Part shown: positions 29,804-38,891 of the stretch, one piece after another
Layout: each line of letters starts with the position of its first letter
Position numbering within the stretch: the first letter of the stretch is position 1
Virus record (IMG/VR): IMGVR_UViG_3300034110_000167
Location: 1-61,418 of that record
Origin: a virus
Lineage: Duplodnaviria > Caudoviricetes
Reading direction: 5' to 3' (one strand)
Length of the DNA: 61,418 nucleotides
Made by a program: the position numbers and the translations under genes
The notes under the pieces: generated by a model
Databases searched by the model: none
Told to the model about the DNA's origin: nothing
What the model saw: the letters and a program-made list of their open reading frames with translations, nothing else

Positions 29804-30222
29804 GAATCTACTTTCCATTTAAGTTTAGAGACTCCAGTCATATAGTCTCCGATATATGTTTCTAAGGCACCGTGGCCCTCAGCACCTGCTTCTTCATATA
29901 GTTTTTGGCTACAATCAAGAATCATTTTAAGATCATTACAGGTATTTGTCAGCATATCCTTTAACTTAGTCTCACCGGCAGATACATTAACAATACTGTC
30001 TGTAAGATAACTCTTCAAACTAATAGGTACTTTGTAACCCATTTGACGAAGCTGTTCGTTTAATGTGTCATGGTTCTCAAAAAGATATGTGTATACTTCA
30101 CTAAACAAATTGTGATACTGAACAAAGTCAGGACCAACAACGTTAAAGTGGTATACATGTGCGTTAAAATATGCCAGAAAATTATCGGCAATAAGGTTAT
30201 TCAGTTTTGTTTGGCAACTCAT
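29791..30222 (-). CDS. dps: Dps / ferritin-like protein
   Basis: HVYHFNVVGPDFVQYHNLFSEVY...HDTLNEQLRQMG retains the Dps ferroxidase H, H, D, E residues. Confidence 0.85.
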   Translation of the reverse strand: MSCQTKLNNLIADNFLAYFNAHVYHFNVVGPDFVQYHNLFSEVYTYLFENHDTLNEQLRQMGYKVPISLKSYLTDSIVNVSAGETKLKDMLTNTCNDLKMILDCSQKLYEEAGAEGHGALETYIGDYMTGVSKLKWKVDSCLS

Positions 30223-30352
30223 TTGTTTCCTTTGTTTCAGGGAACAACTCTTGCTGCTCCACTTCTTTTACTTTCTTACCAAAGATAGTATCCCAATTAC
30301 TTCGGACTTTATCTTCATCACAGGGTCTACGCCCTGAACCTTTACCACTCAT
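30197..30352 (-). CDS. Small conserved phage protein (51 aa; absent from the ORF track)
   Basis: Manual translation MSGKGSGRRP...NWDTIFGKK; GAAGG RBS. Confidence 0.65.
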   Translation of the reverse strand: MSGKGSGRRPCDEDKVRSNWDTIFGKKVKEVEQQELFPETKETNELPNKTE

Positions 30353-30535
30353 AATATACCTTCATGTTATTTTAACTTCATAGACAGGTTAAAATTAGGC
30401 GCTTGATAGCTACCCCATCCCATCTCTACAGACAATGCTTCTAACTCTAAATCTAATAAGAAAGCCCTATCATCGTGAAGAATTTCTTCAGGTGTCAGAT
30501 CATAGTTAGGGTTCATGTCTGCAATGTCATGTTCA

Positions 30536-30871
30536 TTAATCATCTTCTTCCTCTGATATTGCTTCTAAGATACTTTTATTACCACGCTTCTTATTAGCTT
30601 CTGTGTTTAGTTTAATAAAGTCTGTAGTAGCTTCTTCTAGATATGTTCTTAGGTTTGTTAATTCAAAGATTAATAAATTTAGTTTATCCATTTTTTCTTT
30701 AACAGCTTTGGCTTCCCACATATTGAAATCAAGATCAATACGTCTGTTACAGTCAGTCAGTGTAACATCACAACCAAAGTTCCATGCCGTATAGTTAGCA
30801 TCTACTTCAATACAAGCAATCCCTTTTGTTTTGTTAAGGAATTTCCTTACATGATATTTCTTTTTAGCCAT
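30536..30871 (-). CDS. Hypothetical protein (start MAKKKY at 30871)
   Basis: AAGGA RBS; the longer ORF-track start overlaps tRNA-Arg. Confidence 0.7.
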   Translation of the reverse strand: MAKKKYHVRKFLNKTKGIACIEVDANYTAWNFGCDVTLTDCNRRIDLDFNMWEAKAVKEKMDKLNLLIFELTNLRTYLEEATTDFIKLNTEANKKRGNKSILEAISEEEDD

Positions 30872-30888
30872 TTTAATCCTTAGGTTAT

Positions 30889-30963
30889 TGGAGGGTAGTA
30901 GAGGAATCGAACCCCTATTCAAGCGGTAGAAGCACTTTGTATTATCCGTTATACGAACCACCC
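30889..30963 (-). tRNA. tRNA-Arg(TCT)
   Basis: Cloverleaf; anticodon arm AAGTG-CTTCTAC-CGCTT; GTTCGATTC; encoded CCA. Confidence 0.9.
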
Positions 30964-31012
30964 AATAGTTTGCACCCTTTATTTTACTATGCGGGTGCTA
31001 CATAGGACGCCT

Positions 31013-31537
31013 TTACTGTGACGACAACAGCCCTAAGGTATTCCCATTTAAGGGAGGGATCTTTTCAAAGCTATATCCTTGATGTGTACTTTGTTTACCA
31101 TTTAAACATTTATACACTGCTTCTGGAGTAAAACCAAAATCTTTTAATTCATTTTTACCTGATAATGTAATTGACACACCATCTTTAACAGCCTTAATTT
31201 TGTATTTAGTTAAACCAATTCTACTTTTATTACCAATAGCTTGTTTACCATTAGGTTTAGGTGGCTTACCACCTCCTTTAATAATGTTCCAACCTATTTT
31301 ATCATTAGGTCTAAGCATTTCTTCAGCAAGCAAAACTAATTCTTCATCTAATCCAACAACTAACGGTTGCTTAATTAATTTATCCCAAGAATATTTTGAT
31401 ATAACATTATTTAAAATAGCGTTAGGGTAAGCAAAGTGTTCTTTCATTCGCCTATCAAAATTATTTGTAATGCCAATATATCCTTGAGAGTTATAGTCAT
31501 TATGGTTAGGACTACAGATCCAATATAATGTATACAT
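31013..31537 (-). CDS. Free-standing GIY-YIG homing endonuclease (Seg-like) within the tRNA cluster
   Basis: TLYWI...GYIGITNNFDRRMKEH; C-terminal NUMOD1-like VYKCLNGKQSTHQGYSF; AT-rich. Confidence 0.82.
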   Translation of the reverse strand: MYTLYWICSPNHNDYNSQGYIGITNNFDRRMKEHFAYPNAILNNVISKYSWDKLIKQPLVVGLDEELVLLAEEMLRPNDKIGWNIIKGGGKPPKPNGKQAIGNKSRIGLTKYKIKAVKDGVSITLSGKNELKDFGFTPEAVYKCLNGKQSTHQGYSFEKIPPLNGNTLGLLSSQ

Positions 31538-31552
31538 ATAGTCCTTTCTATT

Positions 31553-31626
31553 TGGAAGCGGGTACTGGATTCGAACCAGTGATGCTGCGAGCTTATGAGA
31601 CTGCAGTAGTGACCACCTTACCCGCT
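31553..31626 (-). tRNA. Atypical tRNA with CAT anticodon (Met/Ile2-like)
   Basis: Perfect acceptor stem AGCGGGT/ACCCGCT, T arm, CCA; shortened D arm and extended anticodon stem. Confidence 0.7.
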
Positions 31627-31632
31627 ATTGTT

Positions 31633-31709
31633 TGGTCTCAAGAACCGGACTCGAACCGATAACCAATGAATTATGAGTTCACTGCTCTAACCAGTTGAGC
31701 TATCTTGAG
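31633..31709 (-). tRNA. tRNA with CAT anticodon (elongator Met or Ile2)
   Basis: Canonical cloverleaf; GTGAA-CTCATAA-TTCAT; CCA. Confidence 0.9.
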
Positions 31710-31717
31710 TATTTGTT

Positions 31718-31793
31718 TGGCATACCCCGTAGGACTTGAACCTACAACCTGTGGGTTTGGAATCCACTGCTCTGCCAATTGAGCTAGAGGCAC
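31718..31793 (-). tRNA. tRNA-Trp(CCA)
   Basis: Cloverleaf; loop TTCCAAA; G73; CCA. Confidence 0.88.
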
Positions 31794-31800
31794 ATTTGTT

Positions 31801-31888
31801 TGGTGGATGCTCTTGGAATCGAACCAAGTGTGCTCCTTAGAGCGGAGGATTTACAATCCCCTGAAGTCACCAATGCTTCTCAACATCC
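31801..31888 (-). tRNA. tRNA-Tyr(GTA)
   Basis: GGGGA-TTGTAAA-TCCTC; long variable arm; CCA. Confidence 0.92.
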
Positions 31889-31894
31889 TTTGTT

Positions 31895-31970
31895 TGGCTG
31901 GCAAACCTGGGCTCGAACCAGGGACATCATGATTAACAGTCATGCGCTCTACCAACTGAGCTATATGCCA
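31895..31970 (-). tRNA. tRNA-Asn(GTT)
   Basis: CATGA-CTGTTAA-TCATG; canonical D and T arms; CCA. Confidence 0.93.
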
Positions 31971-32060
31971 AAAGGGTATACGTCTCATATACCTAGTATT
32001 TCGTTTTGTATACCGTATAATACTTACTACGGGGTTAAGTCACCGAGAATCCCCAGTTTC

Positions 32061-32077
32061 CTATTAGGAACCGGCTA
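32061..32077 (-). promoter_or_regulatory. Putative phage RNAP promoter for the tRNA cluster
   Basis: TAGCCGGTTCCTAATAG, overlapping the nrdB stop codon. Confidence 0.75.
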
Positions 32078-33044
32078 GTTTACCCCAGTCCCAGTCACCT
32101 TCCATACCATTAATAGAGTATTCAGTAACACGCTTCTCAAAGAAATTGTCATGGGACACACCATTAAGAATCCAGTCTAACCAAGTCAGTGGATTCTCTT
32201 TTACTTTGAAGTTAGTCTTAAGACCTAGTTGAAGCAATCTACGATCGGTAATATACCGGATGTACTGCTTAACATCTTCTTTAGTAATACCTTCAATATC
32301 ATATTCGGCAAATGCAAGATCAATAAAGCTATCTTCAAGACCAACTACATCTCGAGCCATCTGATAAATCTTAGATTTAAATTCATCATTAACTACTTTA
32401 GGGTGCTCATTACAGAACTCCCTGAATAGCCGTGAGTTACCTTCTACGTGTACAGTCTCATCTCTAATAGACCATTCAACAATAGTGCTCATACCTTTCA
32501 TCTTACCAAACCGTTGTAGGTTAAGTAGCATAACAAAGGAAGCAAACAAAGATACACCTTCGTTTAATACTGACTTAGCTAATGACAAGGCCAAGCCCGA
32601 TTGTGTTGATGAGTCAGACCTAGCCATAAAGTCAATCTTGTCCGACATTTCTTTATAGTCAAGAAACTTATGAAACTCTTCGTCAGGTAAACCTAAGGTG
32701 TCGTTGAGTAAAGCATAAGCACGTTGGTGGGTACCTTCACGACCAGCAAAGGAACCTAACATAACTCGTACTTCATTGTTTTTAAACTTAGGAATTAAGA
32801 AGTCATAATAGTTCTGACCTACTTGTACATCGCCCTGAGTAAACAACCGTAAGATATTAGTAATAAAATCTTTTTCACCATTTGTTAACTTGATTTTCCA
32901 ATCATTAACGTCTTCAGATAAGTCAGCCTCATCCTCTGTCCAGTGAATCTCTTCGTGTTTCTTAGTAATTTCTACAGCCCATTCATGGTTAAATGGTTTG
33001 TAGGTCTTAGAGAAATTTAGTAATGATGACATATTATCCTTCAC
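32064..33044 (-). CDS. nrdB: Ribonucleotide reductase class Ia, beta subunit
   Basis: FTQGD, EGTHQRAY (radical Tyr), NEG, RDETVH, NFFEKRVTEY. Confidence 0.95.
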   Translation of the reverse strand: MKDNMSSLLNFSKTYKPFNHEWAVEITKKHEEIHWTEDEADLSEDVNDWKIKLTNGEKDFITNILRLFTQGDVQVGQNYYDFLIPKFKNNEVRVMLGSFAGREGTHQRAYALLNDTLGLPDEEFHKFLDYKEMSDKIDFMARSDSSTQSGLALSLAKSVLNEGVSLFASFVMLLNLQRFGKMKGMSTIVEWSIRDETVHVEGNSRLFREFCNEHPKVVNDEFKSKIYQMARDVVGLEDSFIDLAFAEYDIEGITKEDVKQYIRYITDRRLLQLGLKTNFKVKENPLTWLDWILNGVSHDNFFEKRVTEYSINGMEGDWDWGKLAGS

Positions 33045-35013
33045 AAGCTTTACATTCGTTATCTTCTTGAACTACTTCAGTTAACTCTTTGTAGAGTTCG
33101 TTGAATCCCCCAATGTATACACCATTGAGATATACCTGAGGTAAGGATCTAACATCAGGTCGTCCTGTGATTTCTGCTGCTGTTTTGCCTGTAGTTGTGA
33201 TGTCAACATATTCAAATTCAATTCCTCGGGAGTCAAGCAAGGACTTTGCCATAGTGCATTGGGGGCAGTTTGGTTTACCATAAATAATTGTTTCCTTAAT
33301 TTCAATCAATTTGTCTTCCTTTACCTTTTCAGATACATTCTCTGCCCGTTGTTTAGCTTCGGTACGTAAGTAGTATAAACCTTTAAGACCTTTATCCCAT
33401 GATTTAAAGTGTACCGAGTTAACATAACTTCTGTCAGCACCTGCAGGGAACGCCAGATTAACTGATTGCCCTTGGCAGATATATCTTTGACGATCTGCTG
33501 CATGGTCTACAACCCAATGCTGATCTAATTCAAAGAATGTTTTAAAAATATCTTTTGTTTCTTTGGATAAATCTAAGTGTTGAATACTACCTTTGTTAGT
33601 AATAATAGAAGACCAAACAGCTTCTGTATTCATACCTAGTGCATCAAGCTTCTTCTCAAGGTATTTGTTTTTAACTAAGAAAGAACCTGCACGGGTACGG
33701 TGAGTGTAAGCATTTGCCTTGTTAGGCTCAATACTAGGAGACGTACTCAGTAAAATACCTGAAGAGGCGTTAGGCGCAATAGCTAGTAGGTGAGCATTAC
33801 GTTTGCCGCTACCAACCATATCTAAGGCTTCTCCACGATATTCACCTAACCAATAAGTTTCTTTTAAAGCTTGTTGCTTAATACGACTGAAAATAGTAAT
33901 GTTGTTTAGACGGGCTTCATCAGATTCAAAAGGAATACCTTTACGTTGTAAATATTCATGGAAACCCATAGCACCCAGACCAATAGAGCGTTCATGTTTA
34001 GCTGAGAACACAGCCCGTGATAATGCATCATGAGCGTTCTCAATAAAGTATTCTAGTACGTTATCAAGCATACGTACTAAGTCTTCAACCATATGGGTAT
34101 CTTTCCAATCATCGTAGTATTCTAAGTTGACTGAAGATAAACAGCATACTGCGGTACGGTCTTCACTGGTAGGTAAATGAATTTCATTACACAAATTACT
34201 ACCGTGAATTTTAAGACTTTTATCCTTTAGTTCTTGTGGTAAAGCTTCGTTAGCCGTATCAATAAAGTTTAAGTATGGTTCACCAGTACGGAAACGAGTC
34301 TCAAGCAACTTAGCCCACACAGTACGTGCATCTAGGAATTCACCTGTGTTACCTACTTTGGGGTCTACCAATTCATAGGTTTTACCGCTCCGAACACAAT
34401 CCATAAAATGATCACTGATATTAACAGCATTATGGAGATTAAAACACTTACGATTAACATCGCCTGTGGGAATACGTAAACCAATGAATTCAAGAATATC
34501 AGGGTGATCAATGTTAAGATAGGCAGCATAAGAACCTTTCCGGGTTTTTCCTTGTCGATAAGCAGTCATATCAGCATCTACTGTATGTAAGAATGGGATA
34601 GGGCCAGGCGCTACGTCCGATACTGAACGAACATCAGACCAATGGCCACCAACACCACCACCCATTACAGACAACCAACGTAGCTCAGAGGAATGATCAA
34701 TCAAGCCTTGTACAGTATCAGGTACGTATGTAAGGAAACAACTAATAGGTAATCCTTTAGCTTTCTGACCGTCAATAGGTGCATTTGAAAGCACAGGAGA
34801 GGCAAACATAAACCACTTCTTAGACACATAGTCATACAGACGTTGTGCCAAGTCTTCGTCTCGTACACCTTTGTATACGCTCCATGCCCATGCTGCTCGT
34901 GCAAACACGTCTTGTGGGGAATTTTCACCCTCTTTAGAATAAAAATCCATGATCATATCTACAGCATAATCTGTAAGCAAAGTATCACGGATGTATTCAA
35001 TCTTAATATTCAT
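33034..35013 (-). CDS. nrdA: Ribonucleotide reductase class I, alpha subunit, with a fused glutaredoxin domain
   Basis: PISCF, GSNLCNEI, AIAPNASS, KGLYY; Grx domain CPQC...SLPQV...IGGF; terminal CKAC. Confidence 0.95.
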   Translation of the reverse strand: MNIKIEYIRDTLLTDYAVDMIMDFYSKEGENSPQDVFARAAWAWSVYKGVRDEDLAQRLYDYVSKKWFMFASPVLSNAPIDGQKAKGLPISCFLTYVPDTVQGLIDHSSELRWLSVMGGGVGGHWSDVRSVSDVAPGPIPFLHTVDADMTAYRQGKTRKGSYAAYLNIDHPDILEFIGLRIPTGDVNRKCFNLHNAVNISDHFMDCVRSGKTYELVDPKVGNTGEFLDARTVWAKLLETRFRTGEPYLNFIDTANEALPQELKDKSLKIHGSNLCNEIHLPTSEDRTAVCCLSSVNLEYYDDWKDTHMVEDLVRMLDNVLEYFIENAHDALSRAVFSAKHERSIGLGAMGFHEYLQRKGIPFESDEARLNNITIFSRIKQQALKETYWLGEYRGEALDMVGSGKRNAHLLAIAPNASSGILLSTSPSIEPNKANAYTHRTRAGSFLVKNKYLEKKLDALGMNTEAVWSSIITNKGSIQHLDLSKETKDIFKTFFELDQHWVVDHAADRQRYICQGQSVNLAFPAGADRSYVNSVHFKSWDKGLKGLYYLRTEAKQRAENVSEKVKEDKLIEIKETIIYGKPNCPQCTMAKSLLDSRGIEFEYVDITTTGKTAAEITGRPDVRSLPQVYLNGVYIGGFNELYKELTEVVQEDNECKACEG

Positions 35014-35042
35014 TGTTGTTCCTTGTTAGTATTTATTGTTAG

Positions 35043-35059
35043 GTATTAGGTACCAGCTA
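35043..35059 (-). promoter_or_regulatory. Putative phage RNAP promoter upstream of nrdA
   Basis: TAGCTGGTACCTAATAC. Confidence 0.72.
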
Positions 35060-35070
35060 TTCTCGCTACA

Positions 35071-37278
35071 TTAGCAAAAGAAATATTTTGAATTAATTAC
35101 TTCGGCTAAGTCTAAATTACCTAGCTCAGGTTGTTCAAAAGTAAAGGAGTCTTTGTTAAGCATCAAAGTATCTTTAAGTACTTCAAAGAAGTTTTCCACA
35201 TCATATTGTGCAATGAATGTTACTTTAGTTACTTCTTGTAGAAAGTCCACTTCATCAGCATGGGTACTAAATGAGTCGTGAACCGCACCAAATGAACCAT
35301 TGAAAGAAACAATAGTGTTAGCCATATGAGCAGCATCATAGGAATGAACAACGTTAGGGCTAATACCAGACGCAAAACTACGGCGGCAAGGTACACGCTC
35401 ATTAGTCTCTTTATTAATGACATCGACTTTAACCACATGCATGACACGACCGTCTTTATTGCCTTGAATACCTTTAATAGTACCACGTTGTTTCCTTTCA
35501 TGTTGTAGGTTAGCCTTATACACTACAGGAAAACCACTTGGGGTATGCCAAGTTAAATTGTTACGGCCAGAGTTTAATTCATGTTCAGCTATTTTCTGTA
35601 GGAACTTAGTAGTTTTCAGTGGACCAGCACATACACTGTTAATAGCTTTAATAAGGTTACTGGCAAGGTTATTACAGTCATCCTCACTGATACCATACTT
35701 TACCGTAAAGCCTTCCATGTGACAGTCATCGTACATGTTCTTTGCAATACGTTGCTTACCCGCTGAGTATGCTCGGGTCATAGAACCACGTTTGGCAATG
35801 CCTTTACGGATATGTTTCATGGGCATTTGCTTTTCATTAAACCATTCAGGCATAACAGTAATAAGCTCTTTAGCTACAGCTACATAGAAGTCTTTCTGAA
35901 TAGGAGTAGGTACTAAGGAGACTAATGTACCTGCTTGTTTATCCTTAGACATAGCTGCCAGATGTTGCCAACCGTTGTTACTACCATCAATAGGAATAGG
36001 AAACCCTGACATGTATTCTTGTCGTAAGATTTTACACTTATGATATGCAGCAATCTCAATACAACAAGCTAAGAAGCTATAAGGTTTTTCGGCACTGTGA
36101 TCAATGTATTTAGCACGAGCTGATTGAATAATAAACTCTAGGTTATGTTTAACCCATAGAGCACGATCATCCAACGTCATTTTATCTACAGAGATAGTGT
36201 CCAGACCTTCATCTTGGAGGTATTTAGCATAATCTGTGGTAAGGTATACCATACTTTTAAGCTCATCGATTGAATATGATTTGTTGTAACAAGCTGCAGT
36301 GTGTACGCTAAGCCAGTAGTAGCCTCGTTCACTGACCCGTTTTTTGTTAGCAAACAAAAACAAGGATCGAGCAAGATCACTTCCTTGGAATTCAAGAAAG
36401 GATTCAGCGTAATATACTCGTCCACGATAGTCACAGGATACCTCTTGATAAAATGTTTTGTTACCAACCAACTCAGCCTTCTTAATGACTTGATTATACT
36501 CAAAGTATTTACTAAGCATACGTTGTAGCTTAGGGTCTTTCTTACCTAAGAATTTTGTACCGTCAAGGTTATTAAGCTTCTTTGGTAAGTGCAGGTTTTC
36601 ATGGTGGATATTGTATAGTTGGATCTCACCATTTTCATCGACTAACTCTAGTACTTCTGGTGGTTTAACCGCTTTCATAGCAGACAACAATGGCTGATTT
36701 AATTGCCAAGGTTGTTGGCGTAACCCTTCAAGACTTTGAATGAAAGGTTTACTTAAGTACTCGTGAAACAGTTTACTGTTAGTCCATCCTTTAATAAAAG
36801 GTTCTTTAGTTAAAGGGCTATATAAACCAGCAATAGGTAGTAAGGGCTCAAAAGAAGTACCGATAAGTGTAGGCTTAATGTCATCGTCCATATTAACAAT
36901 ACGAACTAAGTAAGGTGCCTTACGACCATCGTATTCTCTGAAGATATCTATTAGGCTATCTTGTAGGAATGTCTCAAGTAGAAGATCTCCCAGAGACAAA
37001 GTAGTTTTGATATCTGATTCGTCAGCCCCAATACCTCGGGCAATTCTCTTTCCAATAAGATCAGATGCAAATGTGAGTTTAACGGATGCTGAATGAGTAG
37101 CATTTTTATTTCGGATACAGTATTTGAGTAAGGTATCCCATGCCTCATTGATAAATCGTTCGAGATCATACTCCCAAGTTGAATGATGTGCCAGAAGACG
37201 AGCACCTTCATTCTGAATCTTATCTGAGTTGAGGGCAATCTTCGATACACGTTCAGTAAGATATTGTAGTGGATTCAT
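35071..37278 (-). CDS. T7-like single-subunit DNA-directed RNA polymerase
   Basis: DYRGRVY, PIDGSNNGWQH (A), RKGIAKRGSMTRAYS (B), GISPNVVHSYDA, VHDSF (C). Confidence 0.96.
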   Translation of the reverse strand: MNPLQYLTERVSKIALNSDKIQNEGARLLAHHSTWEYDLERFINEAWDTLLKYCIRNKNATHSASVKLTFASDLIGKRIARGIGADESDIKTTLSLGDLLLETFLQDSLIDIFREYDGRKAPYLVRIVNMDDDIKPTLIGTSFEPLLPIAGLYSPLTKEPFIKGWTNSKLFHEYLSKPFIQSLEGLRQQPWQLNQPLLSAMKAVKPPEVLELVDENGEIQLYNIHHENLHLPKKLNNLDGTKFLGKKDPKLQRMLSKYFEYNQVIKKAELVGNKTFYQEVSCDYRGRVYYAESFLEFQGSDLARSLFLFANKKRVSERGYYWLSVHTAACYNKSYSIDELKSMVYLTTDYAKYLQDEGLDTISVDKMTLDDRALWVKHNLEFIIQSARAKYIDHSAEKPYSFLACCIEIAAYHKCKILRQEYMSGFPIPIDGSNNGWQHLAAMSKDKQAGTLVSLVPTPIQKDFYVAVAKELITVMPEWFNEKQMPMKHIRKGIAKRGSMTRAYSAGKQRIAKNMYDDCHMEGFTVKYGISEDDCNNLASNLIKAINSVCAGPLKTTKFLQKIAEHELNSGRNNLTWHTPSGFPVVYKANLQHERKQRGTIKGIQGNKDGRVMHVVKVDVINKETNERVPCRRSFASGISPNVVHSYDAAHMANTIVSFNGSFGAVHDSFSTHADEVDFLQEVTKVTFIAQYDVENFFEVLKDTLMLNKDSFTFEQPELGNLDLAEVINSKYFFC

Positions 37279-37286
37279 TTTGTTAT

Positions 37287-38891
37287 TTAATCAAAGTCAA
37301 CAAGAGAAGTTTTCTTTAGACGACCTGTTTTAGAGTCGTAGCTGGTACTACCACAGTCACCAGTTTTACCTGTGAACCGTGATTTAAGTACCCGTAACTT
37401 AATAGTGTTACGTAGTTGCTCTGTCTCAGCAATCATGTTACGAGCAAAAGCAATAATGTCAAAGGAAATCTGTTTGATAGAACCAGAACCTTTGATATCG
37501 TCAATAGAAGGTAAATGACCTTCTTCAAAAGGCTTTTCACCTTTACGTAGGTGAGATACAACACCTAACCAGATGTTGTGCTTCTTACATAGCTTAAGTA
37601 AGTCAGACATCAATGAGTCAACAGCCTCATTACCTGTTTTACCTTTAGAACCTTCACTTACAGCAATAGTAATGTGGTCTAGGATAATATACTTGCAACC
37701 CATTAAAGCTAGTCGTTCCATCTTGTCTACTAGAGACTCATCACTTACAGAACCTTGATGATCAAGTAAAACCAACCGTTCATCACCAAACACTTTATTA
37801 AAGGCAGCATACTGTTCCTCTTCGGTTACATCATCTACAGTAAGGTTCTTCTTAAGCTCCATACCAATAAATTTCTCTGCAGTATCACCCACAGATTCTT
37901 CTAATGATACCATGCCTACCATATCCCCAGTCTTTTCAAGGATATTTAAGACAATCTCTTTAATAACAGTTGACTTACCTGAGCCTGTACCTGAGGTGAA
38001 CAAAACAATTTCGCCCAGACGCATACCAAAAAGTTTCTCATTCAGAGAGTCCAGGCAATGAGGGTAAGGTAAAGATACAATTGTTTGCTTAAGCTTAAAT
38101 TGTTCCCATACAGCCTCACCTTTAACAATACCAGCAGGACTCATCTCTTTGGCATCAAAGATACATTGCATTAGTTTTAGTGATCCGTGTTTAATAAGCA
38201 CATCACACGGATCTTTTTCAGGTAGCGTAACTAATTTGACTTTATCATAGCCAATTATCTTAGCAGCTTCTTGAGCAGCTTTTTGACCGGGTTCATCCAT
38301 GTCAAAGCATAATACTACTTCATCGAAAGATCGTAACCACTCGCGCTGTTCAAGGATGAGAGACTTACTGCTAGCTGACGGGACCGCAACCGCTGGATAA
38401 AATCGTTGATACTTATCGTATTGTGCTTGAGCAACTGCCAGAGCATCGAGTTCACCCTCAGCGATAACAATCCGTTTTCCTCCAGACGATACACTTTGTC
38501 CGAAGAATTGTACATCCTTAAATTCACCGTGGATATTAAACTTCTTTGGTAGCTTACGTTCTTTGTATGCCACAATCTGACCGTCTTTAGTATAAGGATA
38601 GAAGTGGCTACTGATAGTACCGTCTTCTGCATAGCTAACTTTAACGCCGTAGTATGCAGCAACTGTTTTTGTAATACCTCGTTCTTGAAAACCACGGGTG
38701 TCATAAGATTGAATTTCATTTAGTGTGTGCATATCGTAATTTTCTTTAGTATATGTTGAAGACTTTACTTCAGGATTGATAGGTGAATTCTTATTACAAC
38801 TAAAACAAAAGCCCCATTCATCTTCATCTTTGTAAGAAAAGGCATCTGATGAATGACATTTAGGGCATGGTGCATGGTACCATCTAGACAT
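37287..38891 (-). CDS. DNA primase-helicase (T7 gp4-like)
   Basis: CPKC/CFSC zinc finger; TOPRIM EGELD and DMD; GTGSGKST; ILDHI; KSRFTG. Confidence 0.96.
   Translation of the reverse strand: MSRWYHAPCPKCHSSDAFSYKDEDEWGFCFSCNKNSPINPEVKSSTYTKENYDMHTLNEIQSYDTRGFQERGITKTVAAYYGVKVSYAEDGTISSHFYPYTKDGQIVAYKERKLPKKFNIHGEFKDVQFFGQSVSSGGKRIVIAEGELDALAVAQAQYDKYQRFYPAVAVPSASSKSLILEQREWLRSFDEVVLCFDMDEPGQKAAQEAAKIIGYDKVKLVTLPEKDPCDVLIKHGSLKLMQCIFDAKEMSPAGIVKGEAVWEQFKLKQTIVSLPYPHCLDSLNEKLFGMRLGEIVLFTSGTGSGKSTVIKEIVLNILEKTGDMVGMVSLEESVGDTAEKFIGMELKKNLTVDDVTEEEQYAAFNKVFGDERLVLLDHQGSVSDESLVDKMERLALMGCKYIILDHITIAVSEGSKGKTGNEAVDSLMSDLLKLCKKHNIWLGVVSHLRKGEKPFEEGHLPSIDDIKGSGSIKQISFDIIAFARNMIAETEQLRNTIKLRVLKSRFTGKTGDCGSTSYDSKTGRLKKTSLVDFD

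Noticed and set aside
30536-30961. 141-aa ORF with start at 30961
   Set aside because: The 5' part overlaps tRNA-Arg; an RBS supports the start at 30871
30964-31552. Group I intron or tRNA-associated (theta/HDV-like) ribozyme around the GIY-YIG gene
   Set aside because: No interrupted gene and no recognisable catalytic core; only a simple GCACCC/GGGTGC hairpin
31800-32078. 92-aa + strand ORF
   Set aside because: Antisense to tRNA-Tyr and tRNA-Asn; shadow ORF
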